Both the position numbers and the translations under genes were made by a program. From Gammaproteobacteria bacterium (lineage in GTDB: Bacteria; Pseudomonadota; Gammaproteobacteria; Tenderiales; Tenderiaceae), in contig JAJRUN010000126.1 of NCBI GenBank assembly GCA_024277755.1, positions 12-64,011 on the forward strand: a stretch of 64,000 bases of DNA, read 5' to 3'. This document shows, piece by piece, positions 39,535 to 49,924 of the stretch (position 1 is the first letter of the stretch; each line of letters starts with the position of its first letter). The notes below the pieces were generated by a model. The model did not search any database. It was not told the origin of the DNA and saw nothing but the letters and a program-made list of their open reading frames with translations.

Positions 39535-40107
39535 CTAAAACGACATCCTCAAACCAAGATGCCAACCCTTGTCCAGGTCTACGTCACGATCCCTGGACAA
39601 CTTTGCCCGCACATTGCGATACCCCGCATAAATAGCGGCCTCAGGTAAAACTTCGTATTCAGCCCGGGCACTAAAATCCCAGAACTTTTCTGCATCACCA
39701 AAGGTAGTCACATCAGGGCCAAAATAGAACTGACCCACCAAGCCCAAACGATTCTGTTTGGGCGGCACAAACCAGGCCTTGGCTCCCAGGGCAACACTGC
39801 CCACATCATCACCGCTATCCAGTGAAACACCGTAACCCTTGATGCCAACACCAAAATGCATACCAGGTGCACTGCTACCCGCCTCACCCATCATTTCAAT
39901 GCCACCAAGAATCATCATATTATTTGACTCGGTATACATAAAACCAAAATCAGCATCGGTATGCCCCGTGCCGCTGTAACTGATAGGTGTGGAATAGCGC
40001 AACAAGGCGGTGTCATTGCTCAAACTCAAATCCAGCTCACGCGCTCCTGTCTCAGCAGCACACACACACAACAGCGCCGCAACACTCGCTCGCAACTTCA
40101 TAGTCAT
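39535..40107 (-). CDS. Small outer-membrane beta-barrel protein (YfaZ-like)
   Basis: 190 aa with a signal peptide (AALLCVCAAETGA), alternating amphipathic strands and a C-terminal aromatic residue (...GLRMSF). Confidence 0.5.
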   Translation of the reverse strand: MTMKLRASVAALLCVCAAETGARELDLSLSNDTALLRYSTPISYSGTGHTDADFGFMYTESNNMMILGGIEMMGEAGSSAPGMHFGVGIKGYGVSLDSGDDVGSVALGAKAWFVPPKQNRLGLVGQFYFGPDVTTFGDAEKFWDFSARAEYEVLPEAAIYAGYRNVRAKLSRDRDVDLDKGWHLGLRMSF

Positions 40108-40259
40108 ACTCCCTGATTGATTCTATCTAACCCGCCCTTGAAAACCGGACAGGATTTACAGCGGGCAATAGTATCACGACAGGCACAAAACTCAGTGATC
40201 CTAACAACCACCGAATGACTACATGACAACCAGGTTAAATTTAGACCACATCAGTCTGC

Positions 40260-41033
40260 TTATCCAGGTTTTGCAGCCCGGCCACGCAGCGCTGCACGCG
40301 CACAGACCCAGATATCAACCCGCACCACACCAGCATATTTCAATGCCTTGGCCAGCATCTCTGCTGTGCTGCCTGTCGTCATTACATCATCGACGATGGC
40401 AACATGAGACACCCCCGGATCCGACACAATTTCAAACACCCCCTTCAGGTTGCGCCGTCGAGCCCTGGCATCCAGGCCGGTCTGCGCCACGGTGGGACGC
40501 AAGCGACGACAAAGGCCTGCGCTCAACGGCAAGCCAAACTCACAAGCCAGCGGTCGAGCCAGTTCCAGCGCCTGATTAAAGCCACGTTGCCGCAGCCGGG
40601 ATGCGTGCAGAGGCACCGGCAACACCAGCTGCGGCATATCCAGTTCAGCCGCAACAACCCGTTCAGCCATCAGTTCAGCCAATAAACGGGCACTGTAGAG
40701 CTTGCCGTTGAATTTTAAGGATTGAATCAGATGATCCACAGGCGGTCGATAGTCAAACGCTGCCCAGGCCCCATCAAAGGAGTGAGGCCTTTGCTGACAG
40801 CTACCACAAATACCTGCCTGCGGCAACGGAATGGCACAACGACGGCAGGCAGCCACCAGATAAGGCAATTCGCAGGCACAGGCAGCACACAGATCCCGCC
40901 CTCGCTGCCCCGCCCGACCACACAAAATACAGCAATCAGGCAAAAGCCAGTTATGAGCGTTTTTTAACCACTGGTTAACCCAGCGGGATTTTACGGTTGA
41001 CAGCAGCCCAGCAGCCATTAACATCACCCCCAT
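40260..41033 (-). CDS. comF: ComF-family phosphoribosyltransferase-like protein (competence protein ComF/GntX)
   Basis: N-terminal double CxxC Zn finger (CILCGR...CAAC; CRRC...CGSC) and PRTase motif VAIVDDVMTTGST. Divergent from bioB, as in Pseudomonas. The start is uncertain. Confidence 0.8.
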   Translation of the reverse strand: MGVMLMAAGLLSTVKSRWVNQWLKNAHNWLLPDCCILCGRAGQRGRDLCAACACELPYLVAACRRCAIPLPQAGICGSCQQRPHSFDGAWAAFDYRPPVDHLIQSLKFNGKLYSARLLAELMAERVVAAELDMPQLVLPVPLHASRLRQRGFNQALELARPLACEFGLPLSAGLCRRLRPTVAQTGLDARARRRNLKGVFEIVSDPGVSHVAIVDDVMTTGSTAEMLAKALKYAGVVRVDIWVCARAALRGRAAKPG

Positions 41034-41075
41034 GAAGTTTTGAGCCTACAAAGGCAATATAACAAGGAAACCGAA

Positions 41076-42116
41076 ATGGACCACGCCACCTACAGCAAAA
41101 TTGATCAAATCACCCTGCGCATCCTTAACGGCGGCGAAATGAGCACCGAAGAAGGCCGTTGGATGATCAATCTCGACGATGATTACACCCCTTGGCTGAT
41201 GGCCAGTGCTGACCGCATCCGCAAAACCTTTCGCGGCAACCAGATTGAAGTCTGCGCCATCTCAAATGTCCGCTCCGGCAACTGCTCGGAAAACTGCAAT
41301 TTCTGCTCACAGTCCGGCCACCACCAGACTGACGCGCCCAGCTACGACTACATCCCCACCGAAGACCTGGTGGCCCAGGCCAAACAGGCCCGCGAATGGG
41401 GGGCCAGCGACTTTGGTGTCGTCTCCAAGGGCTGGGGCATCCGCTCCGACAAGGAAAGTGAAAAACTGGAAGAGTATTTTAATGCCATGGATGACGGTAG
41501 CGACATTGGCCGCTGCGCCAGTCTGGGTGCCCTGACCAAAGATTCGGCATCCAAGCTCAAAGACATCGGCATGGAAAACTACCACCACAACCTCGAATGT
41601 GCTGAAAGCTATTTCGACGAAGTCTGTACCAGCCACAGCTACCAGGAAAATATCGACACCATCAATAATGCCCGTGAAGCTGGTCTGCGCGTTTGCGCTG
41701 GCGGCATCCTCGGCATGGGCGAGTCGCTGGATCAACGCATCGAGATGGCCGACACCCTGCGCAAGCTCAATGTCGAATCGGTGCCGCTAAATTTCCTCAG
41801 CCCGGTGATGGGCACACCCATGGGCAAACAGACACCGATGAAACCTTATGAAATCCTGCGCGCCATTGCCACCTACCGCTTCATGCTGCCCCAGGCTGAA
41901 ATTCGCATCGCCGGTGGCCGTCAACACCTGGGCGACATGCAATCAATGATCTTCATGGCCGGTGCCTCCGGGGTCATGATTGGTGACTACCTCACCACCA
42001 AGGGTCGCAGCGTCAACGATGATATAAAGATGATCCAGGATCTGAAACTGGAAGTGCGCGGCAACACCCAGCAGCGCCGCGAACAACAAGCCGAACCGGC
42101 GACTGCCACCGCTTAG
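41076..42116 (+). CDS. bioB: Biotin synthase
   Basis: Radical-SAM motif CSENCNFCSQ. I prefer the ATG at 41076 (AAGGA Shine-Dalgarno sequence upstream) to the tracked TTG start at 41040. Confidence 0.93.
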   Translation: MDHATYSKIDQITLRILNGGEMSTEEGRWMINLDDDYTPWLMASADRIRKTFRGNQIEVCAISNVRSGNCSENCNFCSQSGHHQTDAPSYDYIPTEDLVAQAKQAREWGASDFGVVSKGWGIRSDKESEKLEEYFNAMDDGSDIGRCASLGALTKDSASKLKDIGMENYHHNLECAESYFDEVCTSHSYQENIDTINNAREAGLRVCAGGILGMGESLDQRIEMADTLRKLNVESVPLNFLSPVMGTPMGKQTPMKPYEILRAIATYRFMLPQAEIRIAGGRQHLGDMQSMIFMAGASGVMIGDYLTTKGRSVNDDIKMIQDLKLEVRGNTQQRREQQAEPATATA

Positions 42117-42149
42117 ATTATTATCCCCCCACCCGCCGGGCGGGGGAAT

Positions 42150-43319
42150 TTGGCTCAAAATCTCGTGCTCATGCCCAAGCTTCAAGCAGAACTCGTACGC
42201 CTTAAACAGGCACACCTCTACCGCAGTCGCCGCATCAGCGACAGCGCCACAGGTGTATGCGTTCACATTGACGGGCAAAAGCGGCTCTCTTTTTGCAGCA
42301 ACGACTACCTCGGACTGGCCAACCACCCTGTGGTAGTCAAGGCCATGCAGGCCGGTGCTGCACGCTGGGGCGTCGGCAGCGGCGCATCACATCTGGTCAA
42401 TGGTCACACCAGCGCCCATCACGCCCTGGAAGAAGAGCTTGCCGCCTTCACTGGCCGACCACGGGCACTATTATTTTCCACCGGCTACATGGCCAACATG
42501 GGCGTTATCGCCGCCCTGTGCGGTCGCGGTGATTATGTCTTCGAAGACCGGCTCAACCATGCCTCATTGCTGGACGGCGGCTTACTGTCGCAGGCACGCA
42601 TGCAACGCTTTGCCCATGCTGATGCAAGCGCACTGGCAGAAAAACTGACCAAACAAGACAACAGCGAAAAACTCGTCGTCACAGATGGCGTATTCAGTAT
42701 GGACGGTGACATTGCGCCACTGCCAGCGCTTGCTGCAACCAGCAAACAACACAACGCCTGGTTAATGGTAGACGATGCCCACGGCTTCGGTGTACTGGGT
42801 AAAAACGGTGGCGGATGTGTCGAACAGTTTGCTTTGGGCATTGATGACGTACCCATCTTAATTGGCACCCTGGGCAAAGCCTTTGGCACCTTTGGTGCCT
42901 TTGTCGCTGGTTCGGAAGAGCTGATTGAATACCTGATTCAAAAGGCACGCCCCTACATTTACACCACCGCCCTGCCAGCCGCAGTGGCCGAGGCCAGCCG
43001 CGCCAGCCTGACACTGTTACAAACAGAACACTGGCGGCGCGAAAAACTACAAGCGCTGATCAAACAATTCCGCCGGGGTGCAGCCGAGCTGGGGCTGGAA
43101 TTAATGGCCTCAGAAACACCGATCCAGCCGTTACTGATTGGCGATAACCACAAGGCCATGAGCATGAGGCAAAAATTGCAGCAACAAGGCATTCTCATCA
43201 GCGCCATTCGCCCACCCACCGTGCCCGATGGCACCGCCCGGCTACGCGTCACTTTCTCAGCCGAACACACTGAAGATAATGTAAACCATCTGCTCGCCGC
43301 ACTGGAGCAAAGCCTATGA
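42150..43319 (+). CDS. bioF: 8-amino-7-oxononanoate synthase
   Basis: PLP-lysine block [12 protein letters not shown]. The ATG at 42171 is an alternative start. Confidence 0.92.
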   Translation: MAQNLVLMPKLQAELVRLKQAHLYRSRRISDSATGVCVHIDGQKRLSFCSNDYLGLANHPVVVKAMQAGAARWGVGSGASHLVNGHTSAHHALEEELAAFTGRPRALLFSTGYMANMGVIAALCGRGDYVFEDRLNHASLLDGGLLSQARMQRFAHADASALAEKLTKQDNSEKLVVTDGVFSMDGDIAPLPALAATSKQHNAWLMVDDAHGFGVLGKNGGGCVEQFALGIDDVPILIGTLGKAFGTFGAFVAGSEELIEYLIQKARPYIYTTALPAAVAEASRASLTLLQTEHWRREKLQALIKQFRRGAAELGLELMASETPIQPLLIGDNHKAMSMRQKLQQQGILISAIRPPTVPDGTARLRVTFSAEHTEDNVNHLLAALEQSL

Positions 43320-44086
43320 GCCTGCTGCACACAGAAACATTCGGACAAGGCCCGGACTTAGTACTGGCACACGGCTGGGGACTGCACAGCGGCATCTGGC
43401 AATCTATCGTCGAGGCCTTGCAGGATCACTACCGCCTGACGCTCATCGACCTGCCCGGTCACGGTCACAGTCCCGTACCTGCGGGGGGCTTTGATCTCAA
43501 CCGTCTGTCGCAACTAATGCTTGATGCAGCACCGGCAAATGCCATTTGGATCGGCTGGTCGCTGGGTGGCATGGCCGCGCTGAATGCCGCACTGCACTGG
43601 CCGCAACAGGTCAACAAAGTGGTGATGGTAGCGGCGCAACCACAGTTTGTGCAAAGCGATGACTGGCCGTATGCCACCCCAGCAGACAGTCTGGCTGCAT
43701 TCAGCGACAACCTTGTACAAAACACTGAGCAAACCCTGAAGCGTTTTCTTGGTCTGCAAGTACGCGGCACAACCGATGAAAAACAACAGCTACGCGGCAT
43801 TCGCGATCTGATTGAGCAACGGCCACTGCCGCAAACAGAAACGCTGCGACTGGGGCTGGAGATTCTCAAATCCACCAACCTGCGACCGCAATTAAATCAA
43901 CTGCAAAGCCCAATACAATTTATCCTCGGCGAACGCGACATGCTGGTGCCCGTTGCCAGCGCCAAAAATATTCAACAAATCTTACCGCAAGCCAGAATTG
44001 ACATCATAAAAGACGCTGGTCACACACCGTTTCTGTCACACAGCGAACAATTCCTGGCCCTGCTGGAAGATTTTATAAAGACATAA
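43316..44086 (+). CDS. bioH: Pimeloyl-ACP methyl ester esterase
   Basis: 256-aa alpha/beta hydrolase with nucleophile elbow GWSLGG, located between bioF and bioC. Confidence 0.88.
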   Translation: MSLLHTETFGQGPDLVLAHGWGLHSGIWQSIVEALQDHYRLTLIDLPGHGHSPVPAGGFDLNRLSQLMLDAAPANAIWIGWSLGGMAALNAALHWPQQVNKVVMVAAQPQFVQSDDWPYATPADSLAAFSDNLVQNTEQTLKRFLGLQVRGTTDEKQQLRGIRDLIEQRPLPQTETLRLGLEILKSTNLRPQLNQLQSPIQFILGERDMLVPVASAKNIQQILPQARIDIIKDAGHTPFLSHSEQFLALLEDFIKT

Positions 44087-44087
44087 A

Positions 44088-44975
44088 ATGCATCAAGACC
44101 CATACCAATTAGACAAACGCCTGATCCGCGAATCCTTCGACCGCGCCGCCGCCGGTTACGACGAAGTTGCCCTGCTGCAACAAGAGGTTGGCCAACGGCT
44201 GCTGGAACGGCTCGACCTGATCAAGCTGCAACCCAGGCGCATCGTCGACATCGGTGCTGGCACCGGCGAGCTTAGCAGCGCCCTGGGCAAACGCTACAAA
44301 GGTTGCGAAGTCATCAGCCTCGACCTGGCCCCCAACATGCTCAAACAGGCACGTAAACGTCAGGGCATGATGGACAAACTGTTTGGCAAACAGCGCTTCA
44401 TCTGTGGCGATGCCGAACACCTGCCGCTGGCAGACAACAGCGTCGAGATGATCTTCTCCAATTTCGTTATTCAGTGGTGTTCTGATCTGGATTTAGCCTT
44501 CAGTGAATTTCAGCGCATACTCAAACCCGGTGGCCTGCTGCTATTCACCACCTTCGGCCCCGACACCCTGAAAGAGCTGCGCCAGGCCTGGCGTGCGGTT
44601 GATAATGACATCCACGTCAACAGTTTCATCGACATGCACGACATCGGCGATGCCCTGCTGCGCACCCAACTGGCCGACCCGGTAATGGACACTGAACACC
44701 TGACCCTGACCTACAAAGACGGCATGGCCGTCATGCGCGACCTCAAAGGCATGGGCGCCCACAACATCACCGCAGGAAGAAACCACGGCCTCACCGGCAA
44801 GCAAAAACTGAAACAAATGTTAGATGCCTACGAGCAGTTTCGAACCGATGATGGCCAATTACCCGCCACCTATGAAGTCGTCTATGGCCACGCCTGGGGA
44901 AATGACGCACCGGTTAAACAACTGAAAGATGATGACGGTGCTGTGCATATTCCGCTCTCGCAACTGCGCCGATAG
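44088..44975 (+). CDS. bioC: Malonyl-ACP O-methyltransferase
   Basis: 295 aa. SAM motif IVDIGAGTGELS and the BioC-type N-terminus (KRLIRESFDRAAAGYDEVALLQ). Confidence 0.9.
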   Translation: MHQDPYQLDKRLIRESFDRAAAGYDEVALLQQEVGQRLLERLDLIKLQPRRIVDIGAGTGELSSALGKRYKGCEVISLDLAPNMLKQARKRQGMMDKLFGKQRFICGDAEHLPLADNSVEMIFSNFVIQWCSDLDLAFSEFQRILKPGGLLLFTTFGPDTLKELRQAWRAVDNDIHVNSFIDMHDIGDALLRTQLADPVMDTEHLTLTYKDGMAVMRDLKGMGAHNITAGRNHGLTGKQKLKQMLDAYEQFRTDDGQLPATYEVVYGHAWGNDAPVKQLKDDDGAVHIPLSQLRR

Positions 44976-44998
44976 TTTGATACAAACAGATTAGTGGA

Positions 44999-46741
44999 TT
45001 ACTTCAGCACCGGGTGATCAACCAGCAAGGCGACAATGATAGCCACCAGGATTAACGCAGTGCACTTCCAAAACAACACCGGGTCACGTTCCATTAATGG
45101 TGGTCGCGTCTTATTCAAAAAGGCCTTATTCGGCTGGCGTAAATCAAAAATAAACTCCGACAATTCCTCATAGCGTTTGAGAGGATCAGCCTGCACCGCC
45201 TTGCTGATTGCAACATCAACCCAGGCAGGGATCTCACGCTCATCATCGAGTACAGATTTATAACTTAGCCTTCTTTGTGCAGCCTTAGTGGTGCATTTTG
45301 CCACCTGTGCGCCATAGGGCAATCTGCCAGACAACATTTGATAGGCCATAACCCCCAAGGAAAACATGTCGGATCGAGCTGTTCCAGCTTCGCCAATAAA
45401 ATACTCCGGTGCAGTGTAAGGTGCCGTGCCCAGCAGCTCCTGTCGTTCGATGGCGGATGAAATTTCCATCACTCCGGCGACCCGCGTTGCACCAAAATCG
45501 ATGATCTTCACCGTACCTGAACGGTCAATCATAATGTTATTGGGTCTGAGATCCTGATGCAGCATCTCCTGCTTATGAAAGGCACGTAATCCCTTGGCGA
45601 TCTGTTCAATAATGTCACGCACGGTTTCAAGATCAGGTTTGGGATTATCAATCATCCATTGAGCCAGGGTCTGGCCATCAATAAACTCGGTCACAACATA
45701 TAAATAATTTCGTTTGCGGGTCTGTAAACAAGGCTTGAGCACATGGGCATTATTTATCCGTTTAGCGACCCACTCCTCCATCAGGAATCGCTCGAGATAT
45801 GCCGTATCACCACGCAGATCCACAGAAGGTGTTTTAATAATCACCTGGGTATTTGTTTCCATATCCTTTGCTAGAAACACATGGCTGCGGCTACTGGCAT
45901 GCACCTCGCGAATGATTTCGTAACCATCAAACTCCATCCGCGCATCCAAATCGGGGGGAAAAGGCAGTGCGGTTAAGTGCTGATAAATTTCATCTGCATT
46001 CTGGTTAGGAAGCTCATCAAGCCTGACAATCTGAATTGTTAAATTATCTGTACTGCCTTGTTCCAGAGCATTATTGATAATCAGTGCCGCCGCTTGATCC
46101 AGGTCATCGCTGTGGCTCTTAATCATGTCGATGATAAGTTTATCATCCGTAAATTCATACACACCATCGGTGGCCAAAACAAAAACATCACCCGCTTCCA
46201 GAGAGAAAGAGCAATAATCCAGCTCAAGCTGATCCTTCATCCCCAAGGCGCGTCTAAGGTAACTTTTATCCTGCGACACCCATAGCCGGTGATCTTCGGT
46301 TAATTGTTAGAGTGTGGTGTCATGTAAACGGTAAACCCGCGTATCGCCCACATGAAAAATATGTGCGGTATTGGATTTGATAACCAGGGTAGTAAAAGTA
46401 CAGACATAGCCTTTGTCTGGTGAAAACCGATAGGGACTATTACGCGTTTGCAGATAAAGCCAGGAATTAGTCGCCTTTAGAACCCGTTGTACCGATGTCT
46501 TTACCGTCCACGATTCCGGAGTGCAATAATAATCTTCCAGAAACCCTTTAACAGCGACTTCGCTGGCATGCTGGCTGACTTCGCTGCTGCTTATCCCATC
46601 GGCCAGACCAACAGCAATACCCTTTGATGTAAGCAACGGTTCTTTCGGTATGCAGGCACCATGGAAATCCTGATTGATTTCTTTAACACCTTTATCAGAC
46701 CCTTGGCCGATGGATATTCTTAATTGGTTTGACATAAACAC
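44999..46741 (-). pseudogene. Bifunctional PP2C phosphatase / Ser-Thr protein kinase (C-terminal TM anchor) interrupted by one in-frame TAA
   Basis: The tracked ORFs 46307..46741 (N-terminal half of PP2C) and 44999..46279 (rest of PP2C plus kinase with VIIKTP, HQDLRPNN, DFG, APE) are in the same frame. Read-through gives ...YRLHDTTL*QLTEDHRLWVSQDKSY..., which restores the PP2C LTxDH block. Confidence 0.8.
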
Positions 46742-46843
46742 CCGAATTCATAGCCTGCTGAGTTTTAAAATCAGAGGCACCCTAAAATGAACCCGGCCCC
46801 AATCTATTCAGACCAGGGCCGGGCACGCCTACATTCAGTCAGT

Positions 46844-47659
46844 TTATTTACTAATCTTACGAGCAGGACTGGTTTTTACATGCGTGTAATACAAAGGCAA
46901 GCCAACAAATACCAGACCACCGACCAGATTTCCTAAGACAGTTGGAATCTCATTCCAGATGAGGTAATCAGTCACCGTAAAACCACCGCCCATGATCATA
47001 GAAAACGGAAACAAAAACATATTGACGATTGAGTGTTCAAAGCCCATAAAGAAAAACAGCATAATTGGCATCCACATCGCCATTATCTTGCCTGTAGCCG
47101 ATGTAGAGATCATTGCACCAACAACCCCCATGGACACCATCCAGTTACACAACATGCCGCGAATAAATATGGTCATCCAACCTGCAAAACCATGTTCCTG
47201 ATAGCCCAGCGTTCTGGATTCACCAATGTGGCCAACCTTTTCAGCAACCGCACCACCATCAATGTTAAACCCATAGGTCAAAATAAAGGCCATGATAAAA
47301 GCCACCGTCAATGCTCCCCCCAGGTTACCAACAAATACCCAGCCCCAGTTACGCAGAATCCCGCCAATTGTCACCCCGGGTCTTTTATCAAGCCAGGCAA
47401 GTGGGACGAGAGTAAAAACCCCTGTTAGCAAATCAAACTTCATCAGGTACAACATGATAAAGCCAACAGGAAAGAGGACAGCCCCCAAAAGAGGAGAGCC
47501 TGTTTTGAGCGCAACCGTAATCGCAAACATGGCCGCCAGCGCAAGCACAGCACCGGCCATAAATGCACGAATGACCGTATCCTTCGTTGACATGTAAACT
47601 TTGGACTCACCCGCGTCCACCATCTTTGTAACGAACTCTGAAGGTTCTAAATAAGACAT
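46844..47659 (-). CDS. Formate/nitrite transporter (FNT) family channel
   Basis: 271 aa with 6 TM segments and FocA/NirC-like blocks (GGLVFVG, MGFEHSIVNMF). Confidence 0.88.
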   Translation of the reverse strand: MSYLEPSEFVTKMVDAGESKVYMSTKDTVIRAFMAGAVLALAAMFAITVALKTGSPLLGAVLFPVGFIMLYLMKFDLLTGVFTLVPLAWLDKRPGVTIGGILRNWGWVFVGNLGGALTVAFIMAFILTYGFNIDGGAVAEKVGHIGESRTLGYQEHGFAGWMTIFIRGMLCNWMVSMGVVGAMISTSATGKIMAMWMPIMLFFFMGFEHSIVNMFLFPFSMIMGGGFTVTDYLIWNEIPTVLGNLVGGLVFVGLPLYYTHVKTSPARKISK

Positions 47660-47911
47660 CTTCTTCCTCTCTTGCGAAATATAAACTGCTAATTAGCCAA
47701 AAATCATTTGCCACATAAATACATCTACAGTGCAGTACTGCATATACCAGGCCAAACAACCAAAAAAACCATATCTACATGTTTTTTAAAGACTATTAAG
47801 AAAGAAAAGAAATTATAAAAAACTAAACCGCAACGCTACGCACTGAAACCGGGCTTGTAATAAGGCTTTGTGTTTCATCTGGGTGCACATCCATATTCCA
47901 GCGCATACAAA

Positions 47912-47946
47912 CAAGAAAATGAGCAATAAGCCTACCCATTTTCTTG
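47912..47946 (-). terminator. Hairpin terminator downstream of the rubredoxin reductase gene
   Basis: 10-bp stem caagaaaatg/cattttcttg with a 15-nt loop. Both flanks are T-rich. Confidence 0.5.
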
Positions 47947-47988
47947 CCTGTTTTTTTCAAAAAATGGAGTTACACCCTCCTCATAAAA

Positions 47989-49137
47989 TTACGAGCAAGT
48001 TAATTCATCAGCCATAGATTTGGCCAGTACAGCCGTTTGATTCACTACTGTGCCACTTAAAGCAAAGCCTCGCGGTTGATCATTGCTATCGACATAAAGC
48101 GCCTTGACGGCATTCTCTGTTTTTTCAATCCGCCACTCACCCGCAACACCGGGGGCAGGCGGCAAAACAGAAACAGGGTAGGCTGGTGTTTTCAAGGTCA
48201 CTGGCATGGCTGGATATTCAACCACCGTTGGTTGACCTGCCAATGTCCTGGCCAAGGCACGAGCACCAATCATCAGCGGCATCACAAAGGGCAACACCGC
48301 CCCCTTCACTTCGGCACAGTCACCCAGGGCGTAGATACCCCGTGCCGATGTTTGCAGATAGGCATCAACCACGATGCCTCGATTAACGCTCAAGCCGGCC
48401 TCACCTGCCAACTGAGTGCGTGAACGCAATCCAATTGCCGACAACACCACATCGGTGCTGATTTTAAACCCACTCTGTAATAGCAGTTCAAAACCATCAT
48501 CCTGGCGGCTCACCCGCACCACCTCATCCTGGCTATGCCACTCAACCCCCCAGCGTTGCAGGGCCATGTTTAATTCACGCCCGATCTCTTCAGGTATCAA
48601 ATGGCTTAGTGGCTGCGGGTTGCGATCAATCACACTGATCTGATATCCGGCGTTACTGAGATCATTGGCAAACTCGCAACCGATCAAACCACCACCGATA
48701 ATGGCAATCCGTTCTTTGCCGTCGATCTGCTGACGAAAATGATCATAATCAGCCAGATCATTCACCGACAGAATCGAGCTATCGTCAGCCTCAATATTAG
48801 GGCGCAACGGGTCCGCCCCCACGGCCAACACCAGTTTGCTGTAACCCAACACCTCATCGTTGACGGTCAGTGTGTGGGCCTCGCTGTCGATAACAGTGAC
48901 CCGGGCAAAGGTTAAGATCTCAGCATCCAGTTGCAAGGCCATCTTCTCCGCATCAGCAGTCACCAAGTCCTGTGCAGTCTTACCTTTGGTCAAGGCGTTA
49001 GACAGCATCGGCTTGGCGTAGGCGCTGCCATCGTCATGACTGATGATGAGCAATGGCGTTTGCTTGTCCAGCTTACGCAGCTCGCGCGCCAGGGAATACC
49101 CCGCCAAACCACTACCCACAATGACGATAGGCAACAT
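47989..49137 (-). CDS. NAD(P)H:rubredoxin oxidoreductase (FAD pyridine nucleotide-disulfide oxidoreductase)
   Basis: 382 aa with two dinucleotide folds (IVIVGSGLAGY; IAIIGGGLIGCE), 3 nt downstream of a rubredoxin gene. Confidence 0.85.
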   Translation of the reverse strand: MLPIVIVGSGLAGYSLARELRKLDKQTPLLIISHDDGSAYAKPMLSNALTKGKTAQDLVTADAEKMALQLDAEILTFARVTVIDSEAHTLTVNDEVLGYSKLVLAVGADPLRPNIEADDSSILSVNDLADYDHFRQQIDGKERIAIIGGGLIGCEFANDLSNAGYQISVIDRNPQPLSHLIPEEIGRELNMALQRWGVEWHSQDEVVRVSRQDDGFELLLQSGFKISTDVVLSAIGLRSRTQLAGEAGLSVNRGIVVDAYLQTSARGIYALGDCAEVKGAVLPFVMPLMIGARALARTLAGQPTVVEYPAMPVTLKTPAYPVSVLPPAPGVAGEWRIEKTENAVKALYVDSNDQPRGFALSGTVVNQTAVLAKSMADELTCS

Positions 49138-49140
49138 GAC

Positions 49141-49305
49141 CTAGACCTCCACCATTTCAAAGTCTTCCTTGGCCACACCGCAATCAGGGCAGGCCCAATC
49201 TTCCGGAATATCTTGCCAACGCGTTCCAGCAGCGATACCTTCGGCTGGCAAACCCTCAGCTTCGTCATAGACAAACCCACAGACAACACATATCCACTTT
49301 TTCAT
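49141..49305 (-). CDS. Rubredoxin (54 aa; below the ORF-track length cutoff)
   Basis: My translation: [54 protein letters not shown]. It has both CxxCG knuckles and a GGAGA Shine-Dalgarno sequence upstream. Confidence 0.93.
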   Translation of the reverse strand: MKKWICVVCGFVYDEAEGLPAEGIAAGTRWQDIPEDWACPDCGVAKEDFEMVEV

Positions 49306-49333
49306 GTTCTTCTCCTTCAATAGTTAAAACGAA

Positions 49334-49813
49334 TTAAGCCTTAAAATTATTCAACGTATCCTGATAATGGTTGGCATGGCGCTCTTCCACCTTGGCCAGC
49401 GCAGCAAAACGTTTGGCTGCTTTTTCCAATACAGCGGTAAACATCTCGGCATGTTCTTTTGACTCAGCAATTTGCTCATCCATCTCTGCCACTGCCGCGT
49501 GATTCTTCTCTTCCAGCGCCGTGTGACGAAAGGCCGGGTACATTTCGCTGTACTCATGGGTTTCACCTTCAATGGCCAGTTCCAGCATCCGTTCAACCGT
49601 CAGGCTGTCTTTGGGATAAAGCAGATCAAGATGACCAAAGGCGTGGGCAGTTTCCTGCTCGGCAGTATTTTCAAACACTTCGGCCACATCAACCGCACCC
49701 AGCTCACGGGCACGACGGGCGAAAAAAAGGTATTTGCGGTTTGCCATAGACTCACCAGCAAACGCTGCTTCAAGGTTTTGAATTGTTGCTGATCCGTTTT
49801 CAGTTGCTGACAT
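49334..49813 (-). CDS. Rubrerythrin-family diiron (ferritin-like) protein lacking a fused rubredoxin domain
   Basis: 159 aa. NLEAAFAGESMANRKY, EQETAHA and EGETHEY (ExxH diiron ligands). No C-terminal CxxC pairs. Confidence 0.8.
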   Translation of the reverse strand: MSATENGSATIQNLEAAFAGESMANRKYLFFARRARELGAVDVAEVFENTAEQETAHAFGHLDLLYPKDSLTVERMLELAIEGETHEYSEMYPAFRHTALEEKNHAAVAEMDEQIAESKEHAEMFTAVLEKAAKRFAALAKVEERHANHYQDTLNNFKA

Positions 49814-49924
49814 AATGTTTCTCCTGTTGGTTGGTTTGTTGTCTCACTGTGGAAACAGAATAGCCTTCGTGATAAATTCAATCCAATTGATAATATTTTA
49901 AATATTAATCGTAAAAATCGATTT

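Noticed and set aside
49889-49910. A+T-rich dyad GATAATATTT-TAAATATTAATC as an OxyR operator
   Set aside because: It does not fit the ATAG-N7-CTAT tetrad pattern known for OxyR. It may simply be promoter A+T richness, so I mention it only as context.
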